This document shows positions 17,921 through 26,028 of a stretch of DNA of 45,883 nucleotides, in pieces. The translations under genes and the position numbers were made by a program. Source of the stretch: a virus. Lineage: Duplodnaviria > Caudoviricetes. The stretch's first letter is position 1. Each line of letters opens with the position of its first letter. The stretch is from IMG/VR virus record IMGVR_UViG_3300010362_000005, positions 1-45,883 of that record; one strand, written 5' to 3'. Below the pieces are notes generated by a model. It did no database searches and was not told the DNA's origin. It saw only the letters and a program-made list of their open reading frames with translations.

Positions 17921-18799
17921 ATGGCCGAACCCTGGATTCGCGTCCACGCCAACATCGCGCATAAGCCAGTGGTGAGTCGCTGCGCCGAAGCGCTCCGTAT
18001 CACGCGCCACGAGGCCATCGGCCTGCTCGTCGAGTTTTGGGGATCGGTGTCCCAACACTCAACGAATGGTGACGTGTCAACTTTCTCCGACGGACAGCTC
18101 GAAGATTGGGCGGGCTGGCACCGACGCCGCGGGGCCTTCGCCGCATTCGTTCGCTCGTCACATATCGACCCCGACGGACGCGTGAAGGAGTGGGACGACT
18201 ACGCCGGCAAGCTGGAGCTACGCCGGGCAACGGAACGCTCCCGGCTCCGCGAAAAGCGTGAACGTGTTCGCCAGCAGTTGCAGAATGTTGGGCGACCGAC
18301 GCAAGATGTTGCGCAACAACCAACCAACAACATGCCAACCGTTGCGCAACCGTTGCCGGATGTTGGTCCCCGCGCGCGCGAACGAAACGAGACGATACGA
18401 GACGATACGGTAACTACTACCACCACCACCGCGCGCGCGGTGGCAGACGCGACCGTCGCGCTGGCCGGACGCCTTGCAACCGACATCGACCGCGAGGCGC
18501 TCGGCGCGCTGCTCGCGCTCGTCCCATCGCCCGTCACGTGGGCGGCCGATCTGTCGGCGTCGCTCGACGGCATGCCGGGCCATATCCTGGCCACACCCGC
18601 GCAGCTCGGCGAGGCGATTCGCGACTACCTCGGCAACGGCGCTGCGGAAAACCCCAACCTGCGCCAAATGCGTCGGTACATCGAGTCAGCGGTGCACCCC
18701 GTGCCACGGCCCTTCCCCAAGCTCGCCGGCGGCGCACGGAATGACACGGCAATCGACGCGGCAGTAGCGCGTCTGGAGGGTCAACATGGCAAGCATTAA
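17921..18799 (+). CDS. Replication initiator (replisome-organiser type)
   Basis: N-terminal WIRVHANIAHKP...IGLLVEFW...EWDDY, basic helix, low-complexity repeat-rich middle; paired with a loader gene. Confidence 0.7.
   Translation: MAEPWIRVHANIAHKPVVSRCAEALRITRHEAIGLLVEFWGSVSQHSTNGDVSTFSDGQLEDWAGWHRRRGAFAAFVRSSHIDPDGRVKEWDDYAGKLELRRATERSRLREKRERVRQQLQNVGRPTQDVAQQPTNNMPTVAQPLPDVGPRARERNETIRDDTVTTTTTTARAVADATVALAGRLATDIDREALGALLALVPSPVTWAADLSASLDGMPGHILATPAQLGEAIRDYLGNGAAENPNLRQMRRYIESAVHPVPRPFPKLAGGARNDTAIDAAVARLEGQHGKH
18277..18430. repeat. Candidate replication origin within the initiator gene
   Basis: Clustered GTTG/CAAC, GTTGCGCAAC palindromes at 18308 and 18341, GANAC/GANAA-like 5-mer run ~18380-18409; lambdoid origins lie inside the initiator gene. 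Confidence 0.5.
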
Positions 18800-19334
18800 G
18801 GCCGTGGGCGTGAGCCTCAAGGTTCTTGGGCGAGCGTTCGCCGGCACGGTCGACGATGCGCGCGTCTCGGTCTACGCCGCGGCGCTGGAGGACCTCACGG
18901 ACGACCAGCTCGCGGTCGCGACGGCGCGCGTCGTCAAGACGCACACCGGCGAGTTCATCCCGCCGCCGGCCGTCATTCGTCGCGCCGTCGGTGCCAATCA
19001 GCCGACCGTCGTCGACGTCGACAGTGTCGTGCGCGCGATTGGCCAGCTCGCGAAGTACAACCCTGCGTCGGGCATGATCTACCCGTCGGTGGCCGTCGTG
19101 CGCGAGGCGCTCGGCGAGGCGGTCGCCTATGCGTACGCCGCCGCCGGCGGCACGCGCATGTTCGTCGAGGACGCGATTGGCGAAGCGATTGCGCGGCGTG
19201 AGTTCCAGAAGGCTCTGGAGCAAGCCGCTACGGCGCCTGGCGCTGCGTTTCGCGTGTTGGGAGTATCACAACCCTCAACCCGGCTCGCGAGCGCGCCAGC
19301 GGGCCTTTTGGGAGCTTCTGCAGATGACACCTGA
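18786..19334 (+). CDS. Helicase loader/inhibitor-like protein
   Basis: VYAAALEDLTDDQLAVATARVVKTHTGEFIPPPAVIR (G39P/lambda P-like pattern); follows the initiator. Confidence 0.65.
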   Translation: MASIKAVGVSLKVLGRAFAGTVDDARVSVYAAALEDLTDDQLAVATARVVKTHTGEFIPPPAVIRRAVGANQPTVVDVDSVVRAIGQLAKYNPASGMIYPSVAVVREALGEAVAYAYAAAGGTRMFVEDAIGEAIARREFQKALEQAATAPGAAFRVLGVSQPSTRLASAPAGLLGASADDT

Positions 19335-20001
19335 CCACCGCCTCCGGCCGGAGCTGCCGGCGCTGCCGCGACGGATCGCTGATTTGCCGGTCGACGCGCG
19401 CGGCTATCCCGTGCCCTGGTTCGTCGAATGGATCGACGGCGTCCCTGAGTTTCGCATCATGGACGGGCGCAAGTTGCGGCGCGCGGTCTCCGAACGGCTG
19501 TGTTGGGTGTGCGGCCAACCGCTGGGCTCTTTCCTCGCGTTCACGATCGGCCCCATGTGCGCCGTCAATCGTGTCTCGGCCGAGCCGCCGTCGCATCGCG
19601 AGTGCTCCATCTTCTCGGCGCGCGCGTGTCCGTTTCTCACACGGCCCCATATGCGCCGGCGCGAGGCAGGACTGCCCGAGGAGGCCGAGGACCCGGGCGG
19701 TGTGGCGATCCGGCGCAATCCCGGCGTCGCGCTCGTGTGGACCACGAAGCGCTACAAGCTCGTTCCCCAACAGGGCGCCTCGCCGTTGTTTCGCATCGGT
19801 GAGCCGACGGACGTGCAAGCATTCGCGCGCGGGCTGCGAGCGACGCCGGCCGAGCTGCGCGAAAGCATCGTCACCGGATTGCCGGCGTTGGTCGACATGG
19901 CCGAGGCCGAAGGGGCCGGGGCCATCAAGGCACTAGAGCGCGAGGTGCGCGCGGTGTGCGAGCTGCTGCGCCTCGATCTGATTCCCTTGCGGGCGGCGTG
20001 A
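19324..20001 (+). CDS. Conserved Cys-containing hypothetical protein
   Basis: RGYPVPWFV...LCWVCGQPL...GPMC...EPPSHREC...ACPFL. Confidence 0.7.
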   Translation: MTPDHRLRPELPALPRRIADLPVDARGYPVPWFVEWIDGVPEFRIMDGRKLRRAVSERLCWVCGQPLGSFLAFTIGPMCAVNRVSAEPPSHRECSIFSARACPFLTRPHMRRREAGLPEEAEDPGGVAIRRNPGVALVWTTKRYKLVPQQGASPLFRIGEPTDVQAFARGLRATPAELRESIVTGLPALVDMAEAEGAGAIKALEREVRAVCELLRLDLIPLRAA

Positions 20002-20103
20002 GGGCCTTGCCAGTCTTGTGTCCGGCGGGCGCAACGATTAGCTGGCACGCGGCGCGCAGTAGGGTGTATGTTTGCACCACCTCACCTTTCCGCGGGCACC
20101 CGT

Positions 20104-20376
20104 ATGAAGATGTCTCTCTTCTCCTTCCTGTTCCGAAGGCATCGCGCGGAGCGCGAACGGGGCTATCAGCTCAAGTCGCAAATCGCCGTGCTGAGTCCCA
20201 AGCAATTCGCGCGAATGTACCGGCTACGCGCAAAGGATGTCGAGTCGGCGATAATCGTTCCGCCGCGGCTCGGGTCGTCTGGCTTTGGTCGTATCGTCAC
20301 CGTGACCAAGCCCGCGGGCCAGCTCGACGTCATCCGAGGCCACACGGGGCGTTCACGGCAGACGGCTAGCAGGTGA
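20104..20376 (+). CDS. Small basic protein (moron)
   Basis: GTGA-coupled to the membrane protein gene. Confidence 0.45.
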   Translation: MKMSLFSFLFRRHRAERERGYQLKSQIAVLSPKQFARMYRLRAKDVESAIIVPPRLGSSGFGRIVTVTKPAGQLDVIRGHTGRSRQTASR

Positions 20377-20849
20377 CCGAGCCGCCGAAAAAGGGCGTCA
20401 CATCGCAAAGCCTCGTCACGTTCACGGGAACGTCGGACGTGCCGGCGCAGCTCGACATCTTGACGAAGTTTCTCGCCGGGCAGGAAAAGGCGAACGAACT
20501 GCGCGAACACGAACTGACGCTCCAGCAGTACAACGCCGAGACAGAGCGGAAAAAAGTCGACACCGCGCACGAGTTTGCCCTCAAAGCGCTCGAAGCCCAG
20601 GCGCAAGACCGCAAGGACGAGCGTCAGATGCAAGCCAAGAACAACCGTGGTGCGTTCTGGGTTTCGCTTCTCGCCGTGCTGGGGTTATTCGGGATCGTCG
20701 GATTCGCGCTGTATGGCAACAAGGACCAGCTCATCATCGAAATTATGCGCATCCTGTTCATCGGCGGCGGCGGTGGCGGGATCGGCTACGCCGCTGGACT
20801 CAAGAAAGGGGCGCGATTAGCAAACTCGCCCGAGGAACCCACGCCTTAG
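20373..20849 (+). CDS. Coiled-coil plus 2-TM membrane protein (DUF2335-like architecture)
   Basis: Coiled coil, then AFWVSLLAVLGLFGIVGFAL and ILFIGGGGGGIGYAAG. Confidence 0.6.
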   Translation: MTEPPKKGVTSQSLVTFTGTSDVPAQLDILTKFLAGQEKANELREHELTLQQYNAETERKKVDTAHEFALKALEAQAQDRKDERQMQAKNNRGAFWVSLLAVLGLFGIVGFALYGNKDQLIIEIMRILFIGGGGGGIGYAAGLKKGARLANSPEEPTP

Positions 20850-21010
20850 TCGTCCATCAGAATTTGTAGATCGCGCGGCTCGATGCTCCAGACATCGACG
20901 TCCTTTGCGCAGTGACGACAGAAGCGCGTGGGCTTCCACAGCACGCCCCACAGCCGGCGGTAGTCGTGCCCGCACTCCAGCTCGTCCCTAATCCACTTCG
21001 GGAGACTCAT
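20846..21010 (-). CDS. 54-aa Cys/His protein (below ORF-track cutoff)
   Basis: Translated by hand: MSLPKWIRDELECGHDYRRLWGVLWKPTRFCRHCAKDVDVWSIEPRDLQILMDD. Confidence 0.45.
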   Translation of the reverse strand: MSLPKWIRDELECGHDYRRLWGVLWKPTRFCRHCAKDVDVWSIEPRDLQILMDD

Positions 21011-21025
21011 ACCGAGGAGAGTGCT

Positions 21026-21235
21026 TCACGGGGCGCGCTTCGTCAACTCGGTCGCGAGCACGAACGCCACGAGCCGCTCGGAGTAGTCGAGCCGCCCCCA
21101 AATCTTTCTGAGCGACGGCGGGATGTTGGCACGCCACGCCTCGGTGTCGTTCCACGGGCCGAGGGCCTTCGTGTGAAAGTCGGGATCAAGATGGCGCGCG
21201 AGGACGACGAGGTCCTCGGGTGGCGTTCTGCTCAT
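21026..21235 (-). CDS. Hypothetical protein
   Basis: 69 aa; ATGA-coupled to hicB. Confidence 0.55.
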   Translation of the reverse strand: MSRTPPEDLVVLARHLDPDFHTKALGPWNDTEAWRANIPPSLRKIWGRLDYSERLVAFVLATELTKRAP

Positions 21236-21447
21236 GGCACGCGAATGGTCTGTGTGCCGACAAACTCGCTCTCCAGCTTGGGCTCACCGTCCTCCAGCAA
21301 CATGGCGATGACTTCGCGCAGGTTGGCGTCCAGCTCTTCGCGCGTCGCGCCCTGGCCGTGCGCGCCGGCGAAGCCGGGCACGTGGCCCACGTAGAGGCCA
21401 GTCTCTGGGTCGCGCTCGACGATGGCGGTGTAAATGTGCACTGTCAA
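21232..21447 (-). CDS. hicB: Short HicB-family antitoxin, no HicA partner
   Basis: YTAIVERDPETGLYVGHVPGFAGAHGQGATREELDANLREVIAMLLE. Confidence 0.88.
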   Translation of the reverse strand: MTVHIYTAIVERDPETGLYVGHVPGFAGAHGQGATREELDANLREVIAMLLEDGEPKLESEFVGTQTIRVP

Positions 21448-21452
21448 AAGCT

Positions 21453-21483
21453 AACGGCCCCCGGGTTCAACCCGAGGGCCGTT
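21453..21483. terminator. Stem-loop, probable terminator after the lipoprotein gene
   Basis: AACGGCCC-c-CGGG-TTCAA-CCCG-a-GGGCCGTT. Confidence 0.55.
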
Positions 21484-21500
21484 GTCGTCGGTGCCACGAG

Positions 21501-21914
21501 CTAGCGGCTGTACACCTGCGCGAACCCGCCGACCACCTCGGTCAACGTGTTGCCGGTGACCGTGCCGGTGTAGTGGTCGCCGTCGCTCGTCGCGAACGAG
21601 ATGATGTTGCCGGCGACGGTCCACGTGCCCGTCTCGCTGACGGCCGAGGTCAGGTTGGGCGTGGCCGTGAAGCTGAACGTTATCACTTCTTGGTAGGTGC
21701 CCGAACGGTCGCCGGTCAGTGTGAGCACCGACGAGCGCGCGATGATCTGCGTGCCGTCAGCGAGAATGAGCGACACGGGCAGCGGCGTGCCGTTGACGGT
21801 GCGCATGGTCCACGAGCCCGAAACTGCTGGCCCGCTCGGCGCGGTGGGAGACTCGCCGCCGCACGCGGCGAGGGTCGCAAGCGCGAGGCCGGCGAAGATG
21901 CTTCGGAACTGCAT
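21501..21914 (-). CDS. Lipoprotein with lipocalin-like beta fold
   Basis: Lipobox LAAC-GG; SGSWTMRTVNGTPLP...ETGTWTVAGNIISF; AGGAG RBS. Confidence 0.8.
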   Translation of the reverse strand: MQFRSIFAGLALATLAACGGESPTAPSGPAVSGSWTMRTVNGTPLPVSLILADGTQIIARSSVLTLTGDRSGTYQEVITFSFTATPNLTSAVSETGTWTVAGNIISFATSDGDHYTGTVTGNTLTEVVGGFAQVYSR

Positions 21915-22000
21915 TGCTGCTTACTCCTAGGTGGGGTGTGTTGGTTGCTGCGTGGGGAACCCGGCGGCGCGCGCAGCTCGCCACCGCTCGGGGACGTGTC

Positions 22001-22645
22001 TTATTTCAGCTCGAAAAGAGTTGTCATCTGAACGTCCGGCCGCTTGAGCACGGAGTCGGTCACCGGGTGGAAAGAGTAGTGCCGCGACCCAGACTTGAGA
22101 TAGCGCAATGCCTGGTTCGTCGGGAAAAACAATCGCGTCAGGAAATTCCCGTTGTTGTTGTCCTCGTGTCCCAGCACCAGTTCGGTCCACTCTCTCTCTC
22201 CAGGCGCCAACTCCGTCTTGTCCTCCGTCTCGACGACGAGGTCAATGTCGTTGAGCATTGGCGCGTCGGTGAGAAAGCTCCCGAACACGCGTACGCGTGT
22301 AACTCGCGCGAGGAACTTCTTGTTGCTGTTGACTTCCTTCACGCGCTCCAGCAGTTCTGCCATTTTTTGCTCAGCCACGGCGCGCGTGAACGATGGCGCC
22401 GCTGACGCGTTGAGCAGCCGGCGACCGGCCTCGGTCAGTCCGTACCAATCGTCCTTCTTTCCAGGCGGGCAATACCTGCTGTCGGGGTCCAGCTCAATAA
22501 GTCCTTCCGCGGTGAGCGCGCCCACGTTCGTGCCGAGCGCGGCAACGTCTGCCGAGTCAAAGCCGACGTGAGCGTTCTTGCGAAACCAGTCGCGTAGCAC
22601 CTTCGCGTTCACGCCCGCGATGGTGGCTTTTGAATCAATGCGCAT
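22001..22645 (-). CDS. wHTH plus minimal nucleotidyltransferase (pol-beta family)
   Basis: VRVFGSFLTDAPMLNDIDLVVE motif; N-terminal LTAEGLIE...YGLTEAGRRL; GGAGG RBS. Confidence 0.75.
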   Translation of the reverse strand: MRIDSKATIAGVNAKVLRDWFRKNAHVGFDSADVAALGTNVGALTAEGLIELDPDSRYCPPGKKDDWYGLTEAGRRLLNASAAPSFTRAVAEQKMAELLERVKEVNSNKKFLARVTRVRVFGSFLTDAPMLNDIDLVVETEDKTELAPGEREWTELVLGHEDNNNGNFLTRLFFPTNQALRYLKSGSRHYSFHPVTDSVLKRPDVQMTTLFELK

Positions 22646-22731
22646 TAGCGCGTCCTCCTGTACTGCATTGTGCTGCTACTCCTTGAAGGGTTGGTCGCCC
22701 GGCGCAACCGCGCACGGGTCGGGTCGTGCGT

Positions 22732-22905
22732 TTATTCGGCGTGCGGGCGTTCGATCGTGCCGTCTGGCAGAATTCTGTAAAGCCACGTTTCCGGCGCGTC
22801 GTTGGTGTAGCTCACGCGCTTGACGCCAAGCTCCGTGATGTAAACCGGACAGTCGTAAGCCCTCGCGAGCTTGAGCGCGTTTTGGTATGGGGTGGCGCGG
22901 GTCAT
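22732..22905 (-). CDS. 57-aa hypothetical protein
   Basis: ATGA-coupled to the HTH gene. Confidence 0.5.
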   Translation of the reverse strand: MTRATPYQNALKLARAYDCPVYITELGVKRVSYTNDAPETWLYRILPDGTIERPHAE

Positions 22906-23135
22906 TCGGCGTGTGGGTGAAAGTGTTTTTCGATTTCGTCGGCGAGCTTCGGGTGCTTGCTCAAGAGCCAGCAGAGGCGAACGAGTGGTTGCCACGTGGG
23001 CGCGCCGGCGAGCCAGTCGCGAAACGATCGGTCGTTGACGCCGAGGACGTCGATTGCGAGCCGTACTTGCGAGCGGCCGGTGGCCTCGACGGCGTCGGCG
23101 AGAATTTGCTGCGTCTCCGTCTTGGGTTTGGGCAT
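22902..23135 (-). CDS. Small HTH regulator (Aca-like candidate)
   Basis: AVEATGRSQVRLAIDVLGVNDRSFRDWLAG...P; lies in an operon whose promoter carries two operators. Confidence 0.7.
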   Translation of the reverse strand: MPKPKTETQQILADAVEATGRSQVRLAIDVLGVNDRSFRDWLAGAPTWQPLVRLCWLLSKHPKLADEIEKHFHPHAE

Positions 23136-23142
23136 TTTTCGG

Positions 23143-23562
23143 TTACCTGGTGGGCACTCCCTCGCACGCCGTGGCGAGCACGGCCTCGATGATTGAGCCG
23201 GGCATCACCGGCACGGGGATGGGTGGGAACATCCCGGTCTCGACGGTGGACCCGGCGGGGGTGTAGGTGGCCCACACGTCCGACGCGGTAGTGCGTTTGG
23301 CACAGTCAAACTCGTTGTGCACGACGAGCGCGTCGTAGTTCTTGCCGAGGCGGTCGCTGATGGGCGTGGCGGTCTGATAGCGAACCCAGGCCGTGACCCG
23401 GCGACCATCTCGCGTCATGGTCGCGGTGTCGACGTAAACGGTCGTGGTGTTCGTGTGACCGACGAGGCTCCAGCGTGCCGACAGCGTGTTCGTCTGCGCG
23501 TGGCCGGCGGTGCCGGCGAGAATGGCGGCCGCGGCCGCGGTGAGGGTGCTACGGGACAACAT
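23143..23562 (-). CDS. Secreted surface-adhesin-E-like protein
   Basis: Signal peptide ending GHA-Q; WSLVG..VYVD..VTAWV..EFDC..Y..G..PGS..AC pattern. Confidence 0.65.
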   Translation of the reverse strand: MLSRSTLTAAAAAILAGTAGHAQTNTLSARWSLVGHTNTTTVYVDTATMTRDGRRVTAWVRYQTATPISDRLGKNYDALVVHNEFDCAKRTTASDVWATYTPAGSTVETGMFPPIPVPVMPGSIIEAVLATACEGVPTR

Positions 23563-23624
23563 GCTAACAACTCCAAAAAGGTGGGACGTGGTGGGATGGC
23601 GGGCCCGGTGCGGGCCCGGTTGGG

Positions 23625-23660
23625 AAGGTAGGCGGGAGGCGCCTAGGTTGCAAGCGCCTA
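23625..23660 (-). promoter_or_regulatory. Sigma70-type promoter with two TAGG-N9-CCTA operators
   Basis: Minus strand TTGCAA-17 nt-TACCTT; palindromes at 23629-23645 and 23644-23660. Confidence 0.7.
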
Positions 23661-23858
23661 ACTGTTTACTGATTCCTCGGTGTCGCGTTTTTCGCGCTCG
23701 CGCAGGATGTCGCGCGCGACCTTGGCCGGTTCGACCGCAAAAATCCAGGCAATGAGGAGCGTCGTTGTGTAGCTCTTGATTTCCTCCACGTCGGTCTCGG
23801 TGGGTTCGTCGTTGTGGGCGATGATGTGGACCGCCTCGCGATAGCTCGCGCGTTTCAT
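23658..23858 (-). CDS. Small acidic hypothetical protein
   Basis: 66 aa, MKRASYREAVHIIAHNDEPTETDVEEI...; GAGG RBS; ATGA coupling. Confidence 0.6.
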   Translation of the reverse strand: MKRASYREAVHIIAHNDEPTETDVEEIKSYTTTLLIAWIFAVEPAKVARDILREREKRDTEESVNS

Positions 23859-24115
23859 GGCTCGCGGTCCTCTGCGAGTGCCGGCGGGCCGTCGACGATT
23901 TTCAGATGCGTCCAATCCTTCGCGCGTGCCGCGCGCATCGCGAGGTCGTTGAAGTCGTCGCGCGCTTGGCGTAGCGCGTCGATGCGTGAGGTCGCTTCGA
24001 CGACCACAACGTGCACGGGAAAGTCGGGGTCGTTGATGCTTGGCGCCGTGCGGCAGGCCGCGACTATGTAGCGTTCGGGGTTGGACATTTTGCGCATGGG
24101 TTGGACGTTTTGCAC
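23855..24115 (-). CDS. Hypothetical protein
   Basis: Up to 86 aa; tiles the minus-strand operon; start uncertain. Confidence 0.5.
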   Translation of the reverse strand: MQNVQPMRKMSNPERYIVAACRTAPSINDPDFPVHVVVVEATSRIDALRQARDDFNDLAMRAARAKDWTHLKIVDGPPALAEDREP

Positions 24116-24151
24116 GGCGCCGGGCCCCGGTGTGGGCCCGGCGGTGAGGGG

Positions 24152-24667
24152 TCAGACCTTGCCGGCGCACACGGGACCGATGCCGCGCGCGACGCTCTTC
24201 GCGTCGGTCAACGTTTTGCCGCACACGCAGCACACGCCGAACTTGAGGCCGAAGGCTTTCGCGTCGTCGACGCTCATGCGGTCGGCGGCCGTGAGCTGGT
24301 GAATGGCGCCGGCGGCGTACGTGAATTCAAACGCGACGGTCTCGTCCGTCTCGGTCAAGCGCCGGCCGCCGATCGGCGTCAACGCCTTGGCGTAAAGACG
24401 CGTCTTGTCCTCGCGCGACGCCTGGACTTTGAAAATGTCGCCGTTGGCCAGGCGATACATGCCGGGCACGATGCCGCGGTCAGCCGGCGTCGCCGTGCGC
24501 ACGGTCGGGCGCGGGAGGCGCATCAGCTCGTCGATGTAGGCGCTCGCGGCGCTCAGGCTCCCGAGGCGGGCGGCGTCGAGCTGCATGGCGCGCTCGGTCG
24601 TGAGGCGGGTCGCAAACGCGACTTGCTTCGGCGAAGCGGGGCGGGTGTCCATCGTGGGGTACGGCAT
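24152..24667 (-). CDS. DUF6011-like zinc-finger protein
   Basis: CCVCGKTLTDAKSVARGIGPVC; N-terminal ASPKQVAFA...ASAYIDEL; GGAG RBS. Confidence 0.75.
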   Translation of the reverse strand: MPYPTMDTRPASPKQVAFATRLTTERAMQLDAARLGSLSAASAYIDELMRLPRPTVRTATPADRGIVPGMYRLANGDIFKVQASREDKTRLYAKALTPIGGRRLTETDETVAFEFTYAAGAIHQLTAADRMSVDDAKAFGLKFGVCCVCGKTLTDAKSVARGIGPVCAGKV

Positions 24668-24722
24668 CGGCGAGTCTCCAGGGTCTCGGGGCGCGAACCA
24701 TTCGCAACCCCTCATGAGAAGA

Positions 24723-24751
24723 ATAATAGGCGCATTAACCCTAGAGCGCAA
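24723..24751 (-). promoter_or_regulatory. Sigma70-type promoter with TAGG-N9-CCTA operator
   Basis: Minus strand TTGCGC-17 nt-TATTAT; operator at 24727-24743. Confidence 0.75.
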
Positions 24752-25574
24752 GCCGGAGCTGCAACTTTGGCTGAACTTTTTTCGGGTAGCTGTAGACGGT
24801 CGAGCCGCCGGCGAGCTGCACGCGTCGGTCCAAGGTCCACACGTATTTGTGATTGCCGGGATGTTGCAGCTTGCGCGTCAACGGCATGACGGCCCGGCGT
24901 AGCCAGTCCATGCGCGCGTCACGATCGGCGCCGGCGCCGAGCTGCTCCACGCCGAAGCGCTCGACGAGGGACGCGACGGCGCCAAGCCAGCCACGTTCAG
25001 CGCCGCGCACCTTTTGCAGCGTGCGCGCGCTCAGGTTCGTGCCGTCGGGCAGGATGTACAGCGTTCGGCGTGTGCCGAGGCCGAGGTAGCGCGCGTTCAG
25101 CGCCTGGTAGACGGTGCCGACATGGCCAGGCATCACCGTTGTGCCGGTGACGCTCGTGCGCTCGATCGGATCGCTAAAACTCACGACGCCGCGGTAGCCG
25201 CCGGCGCGGAGCTGCTCGAAGCATCGCGCGACAAAATACGACTCGGCATTGGCGCCGATTTCGTCGAGCAAGACGAGCCGGCCCAACTCGACGGCGTCGA
25301 GCGGCGCCAGCGTCGCGAACGTGTTCGTGAGCACCTTGTCATTGGCCGGGTGCGAGAACACCGCCACGCCGGCCAGCGCGCCGCGGCGGTAGAGGCCGAA
25401 GCGCTCGCGCGCCGCGGGATAGCTCGCGCTGTAGTGGTGGCGTTCGACGAACGCGCGCGGCGTTGTGTCGTCGTCCATGCGCGCCACGTCAAACTCGCTC
25501 GGCCGGATCGTCTCGCGCGCCGGCCGGTAGCTGGCGCGCCGTTCGCGCCAGCGTTGGCAATGCTCGGCGTTCAT
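24741..25574 (-). CDS. mom: Mom-family (GNAT) DNA adenine-modification protein
   Basis: FVERHHYSAS...GVAVFSHP...VELGRLVLLD..NAESYFVARC...VVSFSDP...GHVGTVYQALNARYLG...HKYVW. Confidence 0.82.
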   Translation of the reverse strand: MNAEHCQRWRERRASYRPARETIRPSEFDVARMDDDTTPRAFVERHHYSASYPAARERFGLYRRGALAGVAVFSHPANDKVLTNTFATLAPLDAVELGRLVLLDEIGANAESYFVARCFEQLRAGGYRGVVSFSDPIERTSVTGTTVMPGHVGTVYQALNARYLGLGTRRTLYILPDGTNLSARTLQKVRGAERGWLGAVASLVERFGVEQLGAGADRDARMDWLRRAVMPLTRKLQHPGNHKYVWTLDRRVQLAGGSTVYSYPKKVQPKLQLRLAL

Positions 25575-25702
25575 CGCCACGACCTCCACGAGTGCCGGAT
25601 TTCCACGTAGGTGGCGTGCCAGGCCCACGCGGCAAGCGCCAGGTAGTAGAGCGCTCCAGCGGCGACCACAATCCAGCCGGCGATATCCAAAGCCAAACGC
25701 AT
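25571..25702 (-). CDS. 43-aa membrane peptide
   Basis: One hydrophobic helix; ATGA-coupled to mom. Confidence 0.45.
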   Translation of the reverse strand: MRLALDIAGWIVVAAGALYYLALAAWAWHATYVEIRHSWRSWR

Positions 25703-25719
25703 TGGCGAATTCCTCGCGG

Positions 25720-26013
25720 TTATTTCTTGAGCGGGAAGCCGAGCACGTGCCCGGGTGCCTCGGGAATACCGCCGAGCCGTGGGCAGCGGTCGCACGCTTC
25801 GCGGTCGGTTTCCTCGTTGTAGAAACCCTCGGGCGGCAGCTTGGCCGCTTGCGTGAGGCCGAGCGCGAGCAGGCGCGCCGGCGGCTCGTGCAGGTTCACG
25901 CTATTGGGCGCCTGGATTTCGCCGCCGCACGTTTCGCAGCGATCGAGGGTAAAGCCGGTGATTCTGCCGGCGGCGTCGACGTGGAAATGCGACCAGGGAA
26001 GTTGTGAGGGCAT
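25720..26013 (-). CDS. Zn-finger hypothetical protein
   Basis: CETC...CDRC; GGAG RBS. Confidence 0.55.
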   Translation of the reverse strand: MPSQLPWSHFHVDAAGRITGFTLDRCETCGGEIQAPNSVNLHEPPARLLALGLTQAAKLPPEGFYNEETDREACDRCPRLGGIPEAPGHVLGFPLKK

Positions 26014-26028
26014 GGGGGTTGGCTCCGG

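Noticed and set aside
21026-21447. Intact HicAB toxin-antitoxin pair
   Set aside because: The neighbouring ORF lacks the HicA GSH motif and fold pattern.
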